32,000 bases of DNA from Microcystis aeruginosa NIES-843 (GCF_000010625.1 NC_010296.1:5640001-5672000), one strand, 5' to 3'; positions 16,324 to 25,019 are shown, counted from the stretch's first letter. The notes: generated from the letters alone by a model not told the origin. Program-made: numbers and translations.

Positions 16324-19300
16324 TTAGACAAAGAAACTATTGACTGCAATAGTGCCGAGCGCCGGGAAAGTACCCGTTAACCCAGTCAGATTAATCACCA
16401 AATCATTAGCACTTTGGAAACCCGCCGTACCGTCGTTGATAATTAAGTAAGTAGAAGAACTATTGTCCCGCACTAAAGCAGCGCTGTTAATTCCGAGAGC
16501 TTGATTTCCGGCTGTTGCGCCATTAGCATCGGTAAAGACGTTAGTAACAATGGTGTTAATATTGGTCGTGGTGCTATCTGTTGCCCGGGTAAAAGCGAGA
16601 GGGGCATTAATGGCCGCACCAGCTTGACTAAGCAGGTCAATCTTATCAGTACCAATAGCAAAATCCGTAACTCGGTCTAGGGCTGCTGCGGTGGACTGAC
16701 CAAATCGGAAGATGAAGATGTCTGTCCCCGTCCCACCGGTTAAAGTATCGATTCCAGCAGCACCATTGAGGGTATCGTTACCAGCGCCACCGATTAGGGT
16801 ATCGGTTCCAGCAGCACCATTGAGGCTATTATTGCCACTATTCCCTGTAATCTGGTTATTTAAGCCATTACCCGTGCCATTAAGATTACCAGTACCAGTG
16901 AGAAGGAGATTTTCCACGTTGTTGGGAAGGGTATAGGAAATGGCAGCTTGCACGGTATCGGTTCCCTGGTTGAAAGCTTCAATCACCAAATCCCCGGCAT
17001 CATTTACCGTATAAGTATCGTTTCCGGCTAACCCAGTCATGGCATCTGCTCCAGAGGTTCCCGCAAGGGTGTCTGGACCAGAAGTACCGATAAAGTCATC
17101 ATTATTGATAGTTCCGGTGGCAGTAGCGGTGGTGATAGTAGCACCGTTGGTGGCATTGGAGAGGGTGACGGTAAAGTTTTCGTTCAGTTCTACCGTTGTA
17201 TCTCCCTGAACGTCAACAGTAATCACTTTTGAGGTTTCCCCGGCGGCAAAACTCAAGGTTCCTGACGGTAACACGGACCCGACAAAATCCGTGGCATTGG
17301 CAGGATTGGTTCCGCTGCCGGTAACTGCCCAGTTAACGTTATTGGTTCCCGTGGTATTAACCGCACGAGTGACGGTGAAGGTAAAGGCTTTACTGCCACT
17401 GTTGCCCTCGGTTTGATTGGCACTGGTGGCGGCAATAGCGAGGGTGGGAACTGCGGGACTACTCACGGCCCACAATTCCCGACCGTTCACGCCGTCATCG
17501 GCAGTGAAGTACAGGGTGCTGCCCACTACTCTCAGGTTTTGGGGGTTGGAGCCAGAGGAACCAGGGCGGATGTCCCCCACCAGAATCGTACCGGCCGCCG
17601 TGCCGTCGCTTTTCCATAACTCCCGACCGTTCACGCCGTCATCGGCAGTGAAGAACAGGGTATTGCCCACTGCCGTTAGATTTTGGGGGTAGTTGCCAGA
17701 GAAACCGGAACCGGGGTTGATATTCTTGACCAGAACCGTACCGGCCTCCGTGCCGTCGCTTTTCCATAATTCCCGACCGTTCACATTGTCACCGGCAGTG
17801 AAGAACAGGGTGTTGCCCACTGCCGTCAGATTGCGGGGGTTGGAGCTACTAAAGGAACCGGGGCGGATATCTTTGACCAGAACTGTACCGGCCGCCGTGC
17901 CGTCGCTTTTCCACAATTCCTCACCGTTAACGTTGTCATTAGCACTGAAAAAGAGGGTATTACCCACCGCCGTTAGATAGCGGGGGGGGACGCCATAGGA
18001 ACCGGGGTTGATATCTTTGACCAGAACCGTACCGGCCGCCGTGCCGTCGCTTTTCCATAATTCCAGACCGTTCACGCCGTCATTGGCATTGAAAAAGAGG
18101 GTATTGCCCACTGCCGTCAGATAGCGGGGGTCGGAGCTAGAGGAACCGGGGCGGATATTCTTGACCAGAACCGTACCGGCCGCCGTGCCGTCGCTCTTCC
18201 ATAATTCTCGACCGCTAACGCCTCTGGCACTGAAAAAGAGGGTATTGCCCACCGCCGTTAGATTGCTGGGTTCGGGGCCGATGTTCTTGACCAAAACCGT
18301 ACCGGCCGCCGTGCCGTCGCTTTTCCACAACTCCTCTGTACGGCCGATATCGACAGTGAAGAACAGGGTATTGCCCAGTGCCGTCAGATTGTAGAAGTAG
18401 GAGCTAGAGTCACCGGGGTTGATATCTTTGACCAGAACCGTACCGGCCGCCGTGCCGTCGCTTTTCCACAATTCAATACCGTTCACGCTGTCATAGGCCT
18501 GGAAGAACAGGGTACTGCCCACCACCGTCAGATTGCTCGGGTAGGAGCCATAGTCACCCGGGCTGATGTCGGCGACCCGAACTGTACCGGCCGCTGTGCC
18601 GTCGCTCCTCCACAATTCCTCACCGTTAACGCTGTCATAGGCAGTGAAGAACAGGGTATTGCCCCGGGCCGTCAGATTGCTGGGGTAGGGACCAAAGGAA
18701 CCGGGGTAGATATCTTTAACTAAAAAAGGAACGGAGTCCTCGTCAACAATAGTCACGGTTGCCGTAGATGGAGTGCCGAGAGTAGCTCCGTTGGTGGGAT
18801 TGGAGAGGGTGACAGTAAAGTTTTCGTTCGGTTCTACTGTTGTATCTCCCTGGACATTAACAGTAATCACCTTACTGCTTTCTCCCGGGGCAAAACTTAC
18901 TACCCCACTGGGTAACACTCCTCCGACAAAATCGGCAGCGTTAGCGGGAAAAGTGCCGGTGCCGGTAACTGCCCAGTTGACGTTATTGCTTCCGGTGGTG
19001 TTATCCGCACGAGTGACGGTGAAGGTAAAGGCCTTGCTGCCACTGTTGCCCTCGGTTTGACTGCTGCTGGTGGCGGCAATGGTGAGGATGGGGATTGCTA
19101 CATCATCATTTTCGATGGTTCCCGTGGCAGTAGCGGTGGTAATGTTAGCGCCGTTGGTGGGATTGGAGAGGATGACGGTAAAGTTTTCGTTCGGTTCAAA
19201 TGTGGTATCTCCCAGAACGTTAACGGTAATCACTTTACTGGTTTCTCCCGGGGCAAAACTCACGGTTCCTGACGGTAAGACTCCTCCGACAAAATCCGTG

Positions 19301-20763
19301 GCATTGGCGGCATTGCTGCCGCTGCTGATAACTGCCCAGTCAACGTTATTGCTTCCCGTGGTGATAACCGAACGAGTGACGGTGAAAGTGAAAGCTTTAC
19401 TGCCACTGTTGCCCTCGGTTTGGTTGGCATTGGTGGCGGCAATGGCGAGGGTGGGAATTGCGGGCGTACTCACGGCCCACAACTCCCAACCGTTAACGCC
19501 GTTATCGGCGCGGAAGAACAGGGTGTTGCCCACTGCCGTTAGATTACGGGGGTTGGAGCCATTGGAACCGGGGCGGATGTCCCCCACCAGAATCGTGCCG
19601 GCCGCCGTGCCGTCGCTTTTCCATAATTCCTCACCGTTCACGCCGTTATCGGCAGTGAAGAACAGGGTACTGCCCACTGCCGTCATCTGGGTGGAGAAGT
19701 CAAGGGAGCCACCGGGACCGGGGCTTATATCTTTGACCAGAATTGTACCAGCTGCCGTGCCGTCGCTTTTCCATAATTCCTCACCGTTAACGCCGTCATC
19801 GGCAGTGAAAAAGAGGGTACTGCCCACTGCCGTTAGATTGCGGGGGGAGCGACTAGAGGAACTGGGGGCGATATCTTTGACCAGAACCGTACCGGCCGCC
19901 GTGCCGTCGCTCTTCCACAATTCCTCACCGTTCGCGCCGTTATCGGCAGTGAAAAAGAGGGTATTGCCCACTGCCGTTAGATTGCGGGGGTGGGAGCCAC
20001 TAAAGGAACCGGGGCGGATATCCTTGACCAGAACCGTACCGGCCGCCGTGCCGTCGCTTTTCCACAATTCAGTACCGTTCACGCCGTCAAAGGCCTGGAA
20101 GTACAGGGTATTGCCCAGCGCCGTCAGATAGCGGGGGTGGGAGCCATAGGAACCGGGGCGGACGTCTCTGACCAAAACCGTACCGGCCGCCGTGCCGTCG
20201 CTTTTCCACAATTCCCGACCGTTCACGCCGTCATTGGCAGTGAAGAACAGGGTACTGCCCACTGCTGTTAGATTGCTGGGGTAGGGTTCCAAGTAACTGT
20301 AACCGGGAAAAATATCTTTGACCAAAACCGTACCGGCCGCCGTGCCGTCGCTTTTCCATAATTCATCACCGTTCACGCCGTCATCGACAGTGAAGAACAG
20401 GGTACTGCCCACTGCCGTTAGATAGCCGGGGGGGGAGTAACTGTAACCGGGAAAAATATCTTTGACCAAAACCGTACCGGCCGCCGTGCCGTCGCTTTTC
20501 CACAATTCCGGACCGTTCACGTTGTCACCGGCAGTGAAGTACAGGGTACTGCCCACTGCCGTTAGATAGCCGGGGTAGGAGCCACTAAAGGGGCGGATAT
20601 CCTTGACCAGAACCGTACCGGCCGCCGTGCCGTCGCTTTTCCACAACTCCCGACCGTTCACGCCGTTATCGGCCCCGAAGAACAGGGTGTTGCCCACCGC
20701 CGTTAGTTCGAGGGGCAAGGAGCCATAGGGGCTTATATCCTTAACTAAAAAAGGGATTGACAT
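16324..20763 (-). CDS. large secreted repeat protein: 2 x (8 ELWxSDGT repeats + terminal ELWAVS) with 3 Calx-beta domains, RTX Ca-binding nonapeptides and a cyanobacterial C-terminal tail domain
   Basis: 1479 aa with no signal peptide. It has 16 ELW(K/R)SDGT(A/E)AGT units of ~41-44 aa and three Calx-beta-like modules (NQTEGNSGSKAFTFTVTR...PGE(T/S)SKVITV.V.GDT..E.NE.FTV.LSN). GGAGNDTLNGAAGIDTLTGGTGTD repeats are followed by DRVTDFAIGTDKIDL. Confidence 0.9.
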   Translation of the reverse strand: MSIPFLVKDISPYGSLPLELTAVGNTLFFGADNGVNGRELWKSDGTAAGTVLVKDIRPFSGSYPGYLTAVGSTLYFTAGDNVNGPELWKSDGTAAGTVLVKDIFPGYSYSPPGYLTAVGSTLFFTVDDGVNGDELWKSDGTAAGTVLVKDIFPGYSYLEPYPSNLTAVGSTLFFTANDGVNGRELWKSDGTAAGTVLVRDVRPGSYGSHPRYLTALGNTLYFQAFDGVNGTELWKSDGTAAGTVLVKDIRPGSFSGSHPRNLTAVGNTLFFTADNGANGEELWKSDGTAAGTVLVKDIAPSSSSRSPRNLTAVGSTLFFTADDGVNGEELWKSDGTAAGTILVKDISPGPGGSLDFSTQMTAVGSTLFFTADNGVNGEELWKSDGTAAGTILVGDIRPGSNGSNPRNLTAVGNTLFFRADNGVNGWELWAVSTPAIPTLAIAATNANQTEGNSGSKAFTFTVTRSVITTGSNNVDWAVISSGSNAANATDFVGGVLPSGTVSFAPGETSKVITVNVLGDTTFEPNENFTVILSNPTNGANITTATATGTIENDDVAIPILTIAATSSSQTEGNSGSKAFTFTVTRADNTTGSNNVNWAVTGTGTFPANAADFVGGVLPSGVVSFAPGESSKVITVNVQGDTTVEPNENFTVTLSNPTNGATLGTPSTATVTIVDEDSVPFLVKDIYPGSFGPYPSNLTARGNTLFFTAYDSVNGEELWRSDGTAAGTVRVADISPGDYGSYPSNLTVVGSTLFFQAYDSVNGIELWKSDGTAAGTVLVKDINPGDSSSYFYNLTALGNTLFFTVDIGRTEELWKSDGTAAGTVLVKNIGPEPSNLTAVGNTLFFSARGVSGRELWKSDGTAAGTVLVKNIRPGSSSSDPRYLTAVGNTLFFNANDGVNGLELWKSDGTAAGTVLVKDINPGSYGVPPRYLTAVGNTLFFSANDNVNGEELWKSDGTAAGTVLVKDIRPGSFSSSNPRNLTAVGNTLFFTAGDNVNGRELWKSDGTEAGTVLVKNINPGSGFSGNYPQNLTAVGNTLFFTADDGVNGRELWKSDGTAAGTILVGDIRPGSSGSNPQNLRVVGSTLYFTADDGVNGRELWAVSSPAVPTLAIAATSANQTEGNSGSKAFTFTVTRAVNTTGTNNVNWAVTGSGTNPANATDFVGSVLPSGTLSFAAGETSKVITVDVQGDTTVELNENFTVTLSNATNGATITTATATGTINNDDFIGTSGPDTLAGTSGADAMTGLAGNDTYTVNDAGDLVIEAFNQGTDTVQAAISYTLPNNVENLLLTGTGNLNGTGNGLNNQITGNSGNNSLNGAAGTDTLIGGAGNDTLNGAAGIDTLTGGTGTDIFIFRFGQSTAAALDRVTDFAIGTDKIDLLSQAGAAINAPLAFTRATDSTTTNINTIVTNVFTDANGATAGNQALGINSAALVRDNSSSTYLIINDGTAGFQSANDLVINLTGLTGTFPALGTIAVNSFFV

Positions 20764-20958
20764 GATTTTTTCCTGAATAAAGGGTGAAAATTAAACAGTT
20801 AAGTAGTGGTGCAGAATAAATTTCCTAGTGAAGAAAGGCAAGAGGCAAGGGGGGGTTAGATTTGTGTCATTAATTTTGCTTAGGTACTTAAGCCGGCAAA
20901 GAAGGGTATATCTGGCTGAAAAACCCCAGATGTCTGCAACTCCGACAAATCTAAGGTT

Positions 20959-21069
20959 TCAACAAAGGTTTGATTCTCTCCCTTTCTCGCCAGAAAACTC
21001 ACCTCTAACTCCCAACTTCCTCGTAATATCGTCAATAGTAGGAAAAATCGACAAAAGAGCAGAAGTCAT
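20959..21069 (-). pseudogene. 5' remnant of a DUF4347-type large-protein gene
   Basis: The minus-strand ORF MTSALLSIFPTIDDITRKLG...* (36 aa) starts like ORF 24100..24402 (MTSTLLPGFPAVDD). The ~70 nt upstream (21070-21135) are ~85% identical by eye to 24403-24470. Confidence 0.5.
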
Positions 21070-21152
21070 GACGCTGACCTAGAAAGATTACTGCGGCTAT
21101 TTTATGCAAAGAATCCCGAATTTGTCAAGCTCTAGCAGAAATTAATATTGCA

Positions 21153-21267
21153 AGAAAACGGGTTTCTCAAAGACAAGAAAACGGGCTTCTAAATAGTTTC
21201 TTGAAGAAACCCGTTTTCTAGATATGCGTTTGCAGAAAACGGGTTTCTCAAAGAAACCCGTTTTCTA
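21153..21267. repeat. cluster of REP-like palindrome half-sites (AGAAAACGGGTTTCT / AGAAACCCGTTTTCT)
   Basis: Half-sites lie at 21153-67, 21176-90 (one mismatch), 21205-19, 21234-48 and 21252-66. The last pair forms a perfect 15-bp palindrome with a 3-nt loop. Confidence 0.85.
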
Positions 21268-21993
21268 GATATTGATTTTAGCCAAAGACTGCTTAAATTC
21301 TGCGAGAGAATTAGCAGTAGCTGCTAATTTAACAATCTCTTGTAATGTAGATAGTACCGAAACTTTATTCAGGTATTGTTCCACATCTAAAGGAACTTCA
21401 CCTAAGCGAGCTTGCAAAACTGTTTTGACAAAATCACGAGCATTTTCTAACGCTCCAATTTCCTTACCCTGTTCGATTCCTCGTAACTCCATATTACTTA
21501 CTAAAGGCATGGTTCTTTCCTTCTCAAATTGTTTGATTTTACTCTCTAAGCTTGACTGTAATTCAGGGGATAAAGTCATCATATTGTCGATGATTTCAAA
21601 CAGTTTAATTATCTGTTCTCTCTCGAACTCCTTTTCATATAATCCCCTGATTAACTTCCACTTCCACTGTTCCCGTTGTGGCAGCTTCCCGGTAGTCGCT
21701 TTTGTTTTCAGGTGTGCCATGACGATTATAGCAAAGGGATTGCTACTTGCTTCCAATTAGTCACTGATAACTGATAACTGGTAACTGATAACTGAATAGA
21801 GTTTGTCAGCGAAACGTTTTTTTGTCTTAGCTGAAGCGGTAATCCGTTTGAGTTCTTTTTCCAGAGATTCGGGAATTTTTGTCCAATCAATTAATTGGTA
21901 AACTTCAGGAAAGAAGAAATGTAAAAACGCTTCAAAATACTCGGTTAATGCTTCTTTCCAGGGTTCATCATAATTGGCGGTTGTTGGGTTCAT
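21265..21993 (-). pseudogene. Rpn/YhgA-like PD-(D/E)XK family gene, copy A, with the nuclease core deleted
   Basis: N-terminal 66 codons (21796-21993) and C-terminal ~160 codons (21265-~21750) match copies B and C. Codons ~67-163, including IHIEIQSQ, are replaced by CTGATAA heptamers. The last ~55 codons are highly diverged at nucleotide level. Confidence 0.8.
21764..21798. repeat. CTGATAA heptamer tandem repeat (5 units) filling the deletion in Rpn copy A
   Basis: Direct reading gives CTGATAA CTGATAA CTGGTAA CTGATAA CTGAATA. Confidence 0.85.
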
Positions 21994-22014
21994 TGGAGAA
22001 GAAAATTCCTGAGA

Positions 22015-22977
22015 CTATTGTTCTAAAAGTTGATGCAACTCATCAAAAGAATTAACGGTTAATGCCGATTTCAGTAACTCGTCTAAAATCGATAATACAG
22101 AAATTTTATCAACAGCTTGCTCAATTTCTATTGGAATGTCACCCAATCGCGTTTTCAGCACCGTTTTAATATAGTTACGAGCCTTTTCTAACGCTCCAAT
22201 TTCCTTACCAATTTCCTTACCGCGTTCTATCCCTCGTAACTCCATATTACTCATTAAAGGCATGGTTCTTTCCTCCTCAAATTGTTTGATTTTACTCTCT
22301 AAACTTGACTGTAATTCAGGGGATAAAGTCATCATATTGTCGATGATTTCAAACAGTTTAATTATCTGTTCTCTCTCGAACTCCTTTTCATATAATCCCC
22401 TGATTAACCTCCACTTCCACTGTTCCCGTTGTGGCAGCTTCCCAGTAGTCGCTTTTGTTTTCAGGTGTGCCATGACTATTATAGCAAAGGGATTACTACT
22501 TGCCTCTAGTTCTGACCAGTTTTCCTCATAGTCCAGTAATTTGACTGTTGGGAATTTGAGGCTGACTTCACAGCCAGCGATAGTATAATTATAGGAATCT
22601 GGTCGCCAATTTACTCGTTCATCTCCTAATATAGCGAGACTGATAACTGGTTTCTGATACAAATCAAAGGCCCGATAGTTATAAATATACATCCTCTGAG
22701 GGAAATTTTCTTCGTATTGACTTTGAATTTCAATATGAATCAAAATCCAGACTTCTTCACCCCTGAGTAACCAAACTTTATAGAGTTTGTCAGCGAAACG
22801 TTTTTTTGTCTTTGCTGAAGCGGTAATCCGTTTGAGTTCTTTTTCCAGGGATTCGGGAATTTTTGTCCAATCAATTAATTGGTGAACTTCAGGAAAGAAG
22901 AAATGTAAAAACGCTTCAAAATACTCGCTTAATGCTTCTTTCCAGGGTTCATCATAATTAGCGGTTGTTGGGTTCAT
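22015..22977 (-). CDS. Rpn-family recombination-promoting nuclease/putative transposase (PD-(D/E)XK N-domain + DUF4351-like C-domain), copy B
   Basis: 320 aa. DKLYKVWLL..EEVWILIHIEIQSQ is the YhgA/Rpn-type D...E.Q motif. The C-terminal end (RLGDIPIEIEQAVDKISVLSILDELL) resembles DUF4351. Confidence 0.8.
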   Translation of the reverse strand: MNPTTANYDEPWKEALSEYFEAFLHFFFPEVHQLIDWTKIPESLEKELKRITASAKTKKRFADKLYKVWLLRGEEVWILIHIEIQSQYEENFPQRMYIYNYRAFDLYQKPVISLAILGDERVNWRPDSYNYTIAGCEVSLKFPTVKLLDYEENWSELEASSNPFAIIVMAHLKTKATTGKLPQREQWKWRLIRGLYEKEFEREQIIKLFEIIDNMMTLSPELQSSLESKIKQFEEERTMPLMSNMELRGIERGKEIGKEIGALEKARNYIKTVLKTRLGDIPIEIEQAVDKISVLSILDELLKSALTVNSFDELHQLLEQ

Positions 22978-22998
22978 TGGAGAAGAAAATTCCTGAGA

Positions 22999-24045
22999 CT
23001 ATTGTTCTAAAAGTTGATGCAACTCATCAAAAGAATTAACGGTTAATGCCGATTTCAGTAACTCGTCTAAAATCGATAATACAGAAATTTTATCAACAGC
23101 TTGCTCAATTTCTATTGGAATATCACCCAATCGCGTTTTCAGCACCGTTTTAACATAGTTACGAGCATTTTCTAACGCTCCAATTTCCTTACCAATTTCC
23201 TTACCAATTTCCTTGCCTATTTCTTTACCGCGTTCTATCCCTCGTAACTCCCCAATTTCCTTGCCAATTTCCTTACCGATTTCCTTACCGCGTTCTATTC
23301 CTCGTAACTCCATATTACTCATTAAAGGCATGGTTCTTTCCTCCTCAAATTGTTTGATTTTACTCTCTAAGCTTGACTGCAATTCAGGGGATAAAGTCAT
23401 CATATTGTCGATGATTTCAAACAGTTTAATTATCTGTTCTCTCTCGAACTCCTTTTCATATAATCCCCTGATTAACTTCCACTTCCACTGTTCCCGTTGT
23501 GGCAGCTTCCCGGTAGTCGCTTTTGTTTTCAGGTGTGCCATGACGATTATAGCAAAGGGATTGCTACTTGCTTCTAGTTCTGACCAGCTTTCCTCATAGT
23601 CCAGTAATTTGACTGTTGGGAATTTCAGACTCACTTCACAACCAGCGATAGTATAATTATAGGAATCTGGTCGCCAATTTACTCTTTCATCTCCTAAAAT
23701 TGCGAGACTGATAACTGGTTTCTGATACAAATCAAAGGCCCGATAGTTATAAATATACATCCTCTGAGGGAAATTTTCTTCGTACTGGCTTTGAATTTCA
23801 ATATGAATCAAAATCCAGACTTCTTCACCCCTGAGTAACCAGACTTTATAGAGTTTGTCAGCGAAACGTTTTTTTGTCTTTGCTGAAGCGGTAATCCGTT
23901 TGAGTTCTTTTTCTAGGGATTCGGGAATTTTTGTCCAATCAATCAATTGGTGAACTTCGGGAAAAAAGAAGTATAAAAACGCTTCAAAATACTCGCTTAA
24001 TGCTTCTTTCCAGGGTTCATCATAATTGGCGGTTGTTTGGTTCAT
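22999..24045 (-). CDS. Rpn-family recombination-promoting nuclease/putative transposase, copy C (expanded GKEI repeat)
   Basis: 348 aa, near-identical to copy B except for 28 extra residues in the (GKEI)n/ELRGIERG repeat region. It is separated from copy B by the same 21-nt spacer seen at the other copy junctions. Confidence 0.8.
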   Translation of the reverse strand: MNQTTANYDEPWKEALSEYFEAFLYFFFPEVHQLIDWTKIPESLEKELKRITASAKTKKRFADKLYKVWLLRGEEVWILIHIEIQSQYEENFPQRMYIYNYRAFDLYQKPVISLAILGDERVNWRPDSYNYTIAGCEVSLKFPTVKLLDYEESWSELEASSNPFAIIVMAHLKTKATTGKLPQREQWKWKLIRGLYEKEFEREQIIKLFEIIDNMMTLSPELQSSLESKIKQFEEERTMPLMSNMELRGIERGKEIGKEIGKEIGELRGIERGKEIGKEIGKEIGKEIGALENARNYVKTVLKTRLGDIPIEIEQAVDKISVLSILDELLKSALTVNSFDELHQLLEQ

Positions 24046-24099
24046 TGGAGTTGTTTGCTTACTCGTAGGCTGTGAAGCGCGATAGCGTAACGCACCGAT

Positions 24100-24402
24100 T
24101 TAATAATAGAGGTGAATGGTGGTAATCTGGGGATTTTGTGGTAAAAAAGCGGATATTTGTTCGATTCCGTCTTGATTGGGAGAGAGAATAACGGTGGCGA
24201 CTTCTGGAATTACCCCAGCTTGTAGGGTTTGATAATCGGTAACACCAGCATCGAGGAAGACTACAGTATTTAATTCGGGTGCGGTTAAACGCTGATTTCT
24301 CACACTATCCACCCGATTAGCTTGACTCAAGCCATCAGATTGAGCAAAATTGAACAAAACATCGTCAACAGCAGGAAAGCCAGGCAAGAGGGTAGAAGTC
24401 AT
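24100..24402 (-). pseudogene. truncated N-terminal DUF4347 domain of a large secreted protein gene
   Basis: 100-aa ORF containing VVFLDAGVTDYQTLQAGV....VILSPNQDGIEQISAFL......TTIHL, which matches the DUF4347 N-domain and stops where family members continue (I.SHG). The breakpoint lies ~55 nt from the start of Rpn copy C. Confidence 0.6.
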
Positions 24403-24483
24403 GACGTTAACTGCAAAAGATTAATGCGACTATTTTATGCAAACAATCGCCAATTTTTCAAGGGGGATATAACATAAATTTAC

Positions 24484-24542
24484 AGAAAACGGGTTTCTAA
24501 ATAGGCGTTTTCTCATGGTTTCTTGAAAAAACCCGTTTTCTC
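24484..24542. repeat. REP-like palindrome (imperfect, long loop)
   Basis: AGAAAACGGGTTTCT-AAATAG...TTTCTTGAAAAAACCCGTTTTCTC parallels the central part of the 21176-21219 cluster. Confidence 0.75.
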
Positions 24543-24606
24543 AGTTTCGTGGGTTGTTGCAAGATATGCAATCTGAACGACGTTCATAAATTGTATTTTT
24601 ATTAGT

Positions 24607-25014
24607 TTATGGGACACAAACAATTCCTAATCCTGCCATTTGACGAATATGATCATCAAAAGCGAATACCTTAAATATTTGTAAACGATGAGCCATAACT
24701 AAAATAGAACAATCTGTGTAACTCCATTTTTTATCATTGTACTTACAGAAAGCTTCCCATATTGCCAGATCATCGCTATCTGACACATTGATATAACGAT
24801 GATCTTCTCTTAGTATTTGACCCACTTGGATTGAGGCTCGACTAGATACCTTGCTCCGAATCCAAGTCACAGTTTCATCGAATACCGATTCGAGAATAAT
24901 CCAATTATTATGAGGATTTTCTAAGTAATATTTTTGAGCGCTTTCGTGATGAGTTTCAGATTTGACAAAAAAGGCAATTAAAGCAGACGTATCAACAATA
25001 ATTTCTTTGTCCAC
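24607..25014 (-). CDS. vapC: PIN-domain ribonuclease toxin (VapC-like)
   Basis: 135 aa. It begins IIVDTSALIAFF (first acidic residue), followed by conserved acidic positions in ESVFDET, YTDCS and FAFDDH. It lies 5 nt downstream of a small antitoxin-like ORF. Confidence 0.8.
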   Translation of the reverse strand: MDKEIIVDTSALIAFFVKSETHHESAQKYYLENPHNNWIILESVFDETVTWIRSKVSSRASIQVGQILREDHRYINVSDSDDLAIWEAFCKYNDKKWSYTDCSILVMAHRLQIFKVFAFDDHIRQMAGLGIVCVP

Positions 25015-25019
25015 AATTT

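Noticed and set aside
16712-20271. Many plus-strand ORFs antisense to the 1479-aa gene (e.g. 19070..20131 at 353 aa, plus 17417..17692, 17693..17980, 18161..18394, 18773..19060, 19990..20271)
   Set aside because: They are mirror images of the GC-rich, highly repetitive ELWxxDGT/Calx-beta coding strand. Their products are low-complexity (VPAAVPSLFHNS..) repeats with no recognisable family. The minus-strand frame is uninterrupted and domain-rich.
20828-21082. 84-aa plus-strand ORF upstream of the giant gene
   Set aside because: It shows no recognisable features. The opposite strand carries the DUF4347 5' remnant and its conserved upstream sequence, which better explains the conservation with 24391-24470.
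21153-21267. Possible CRISPR array, because of repeated AGAAAACGGGTTTCT units
   Set aside because: The units are only 15 bp, alternate in orientation to form palindromes, and have irregular 3-25 nt spacing. There are no unique spacers of CRISPR length, no leader and no cas genes in the window.
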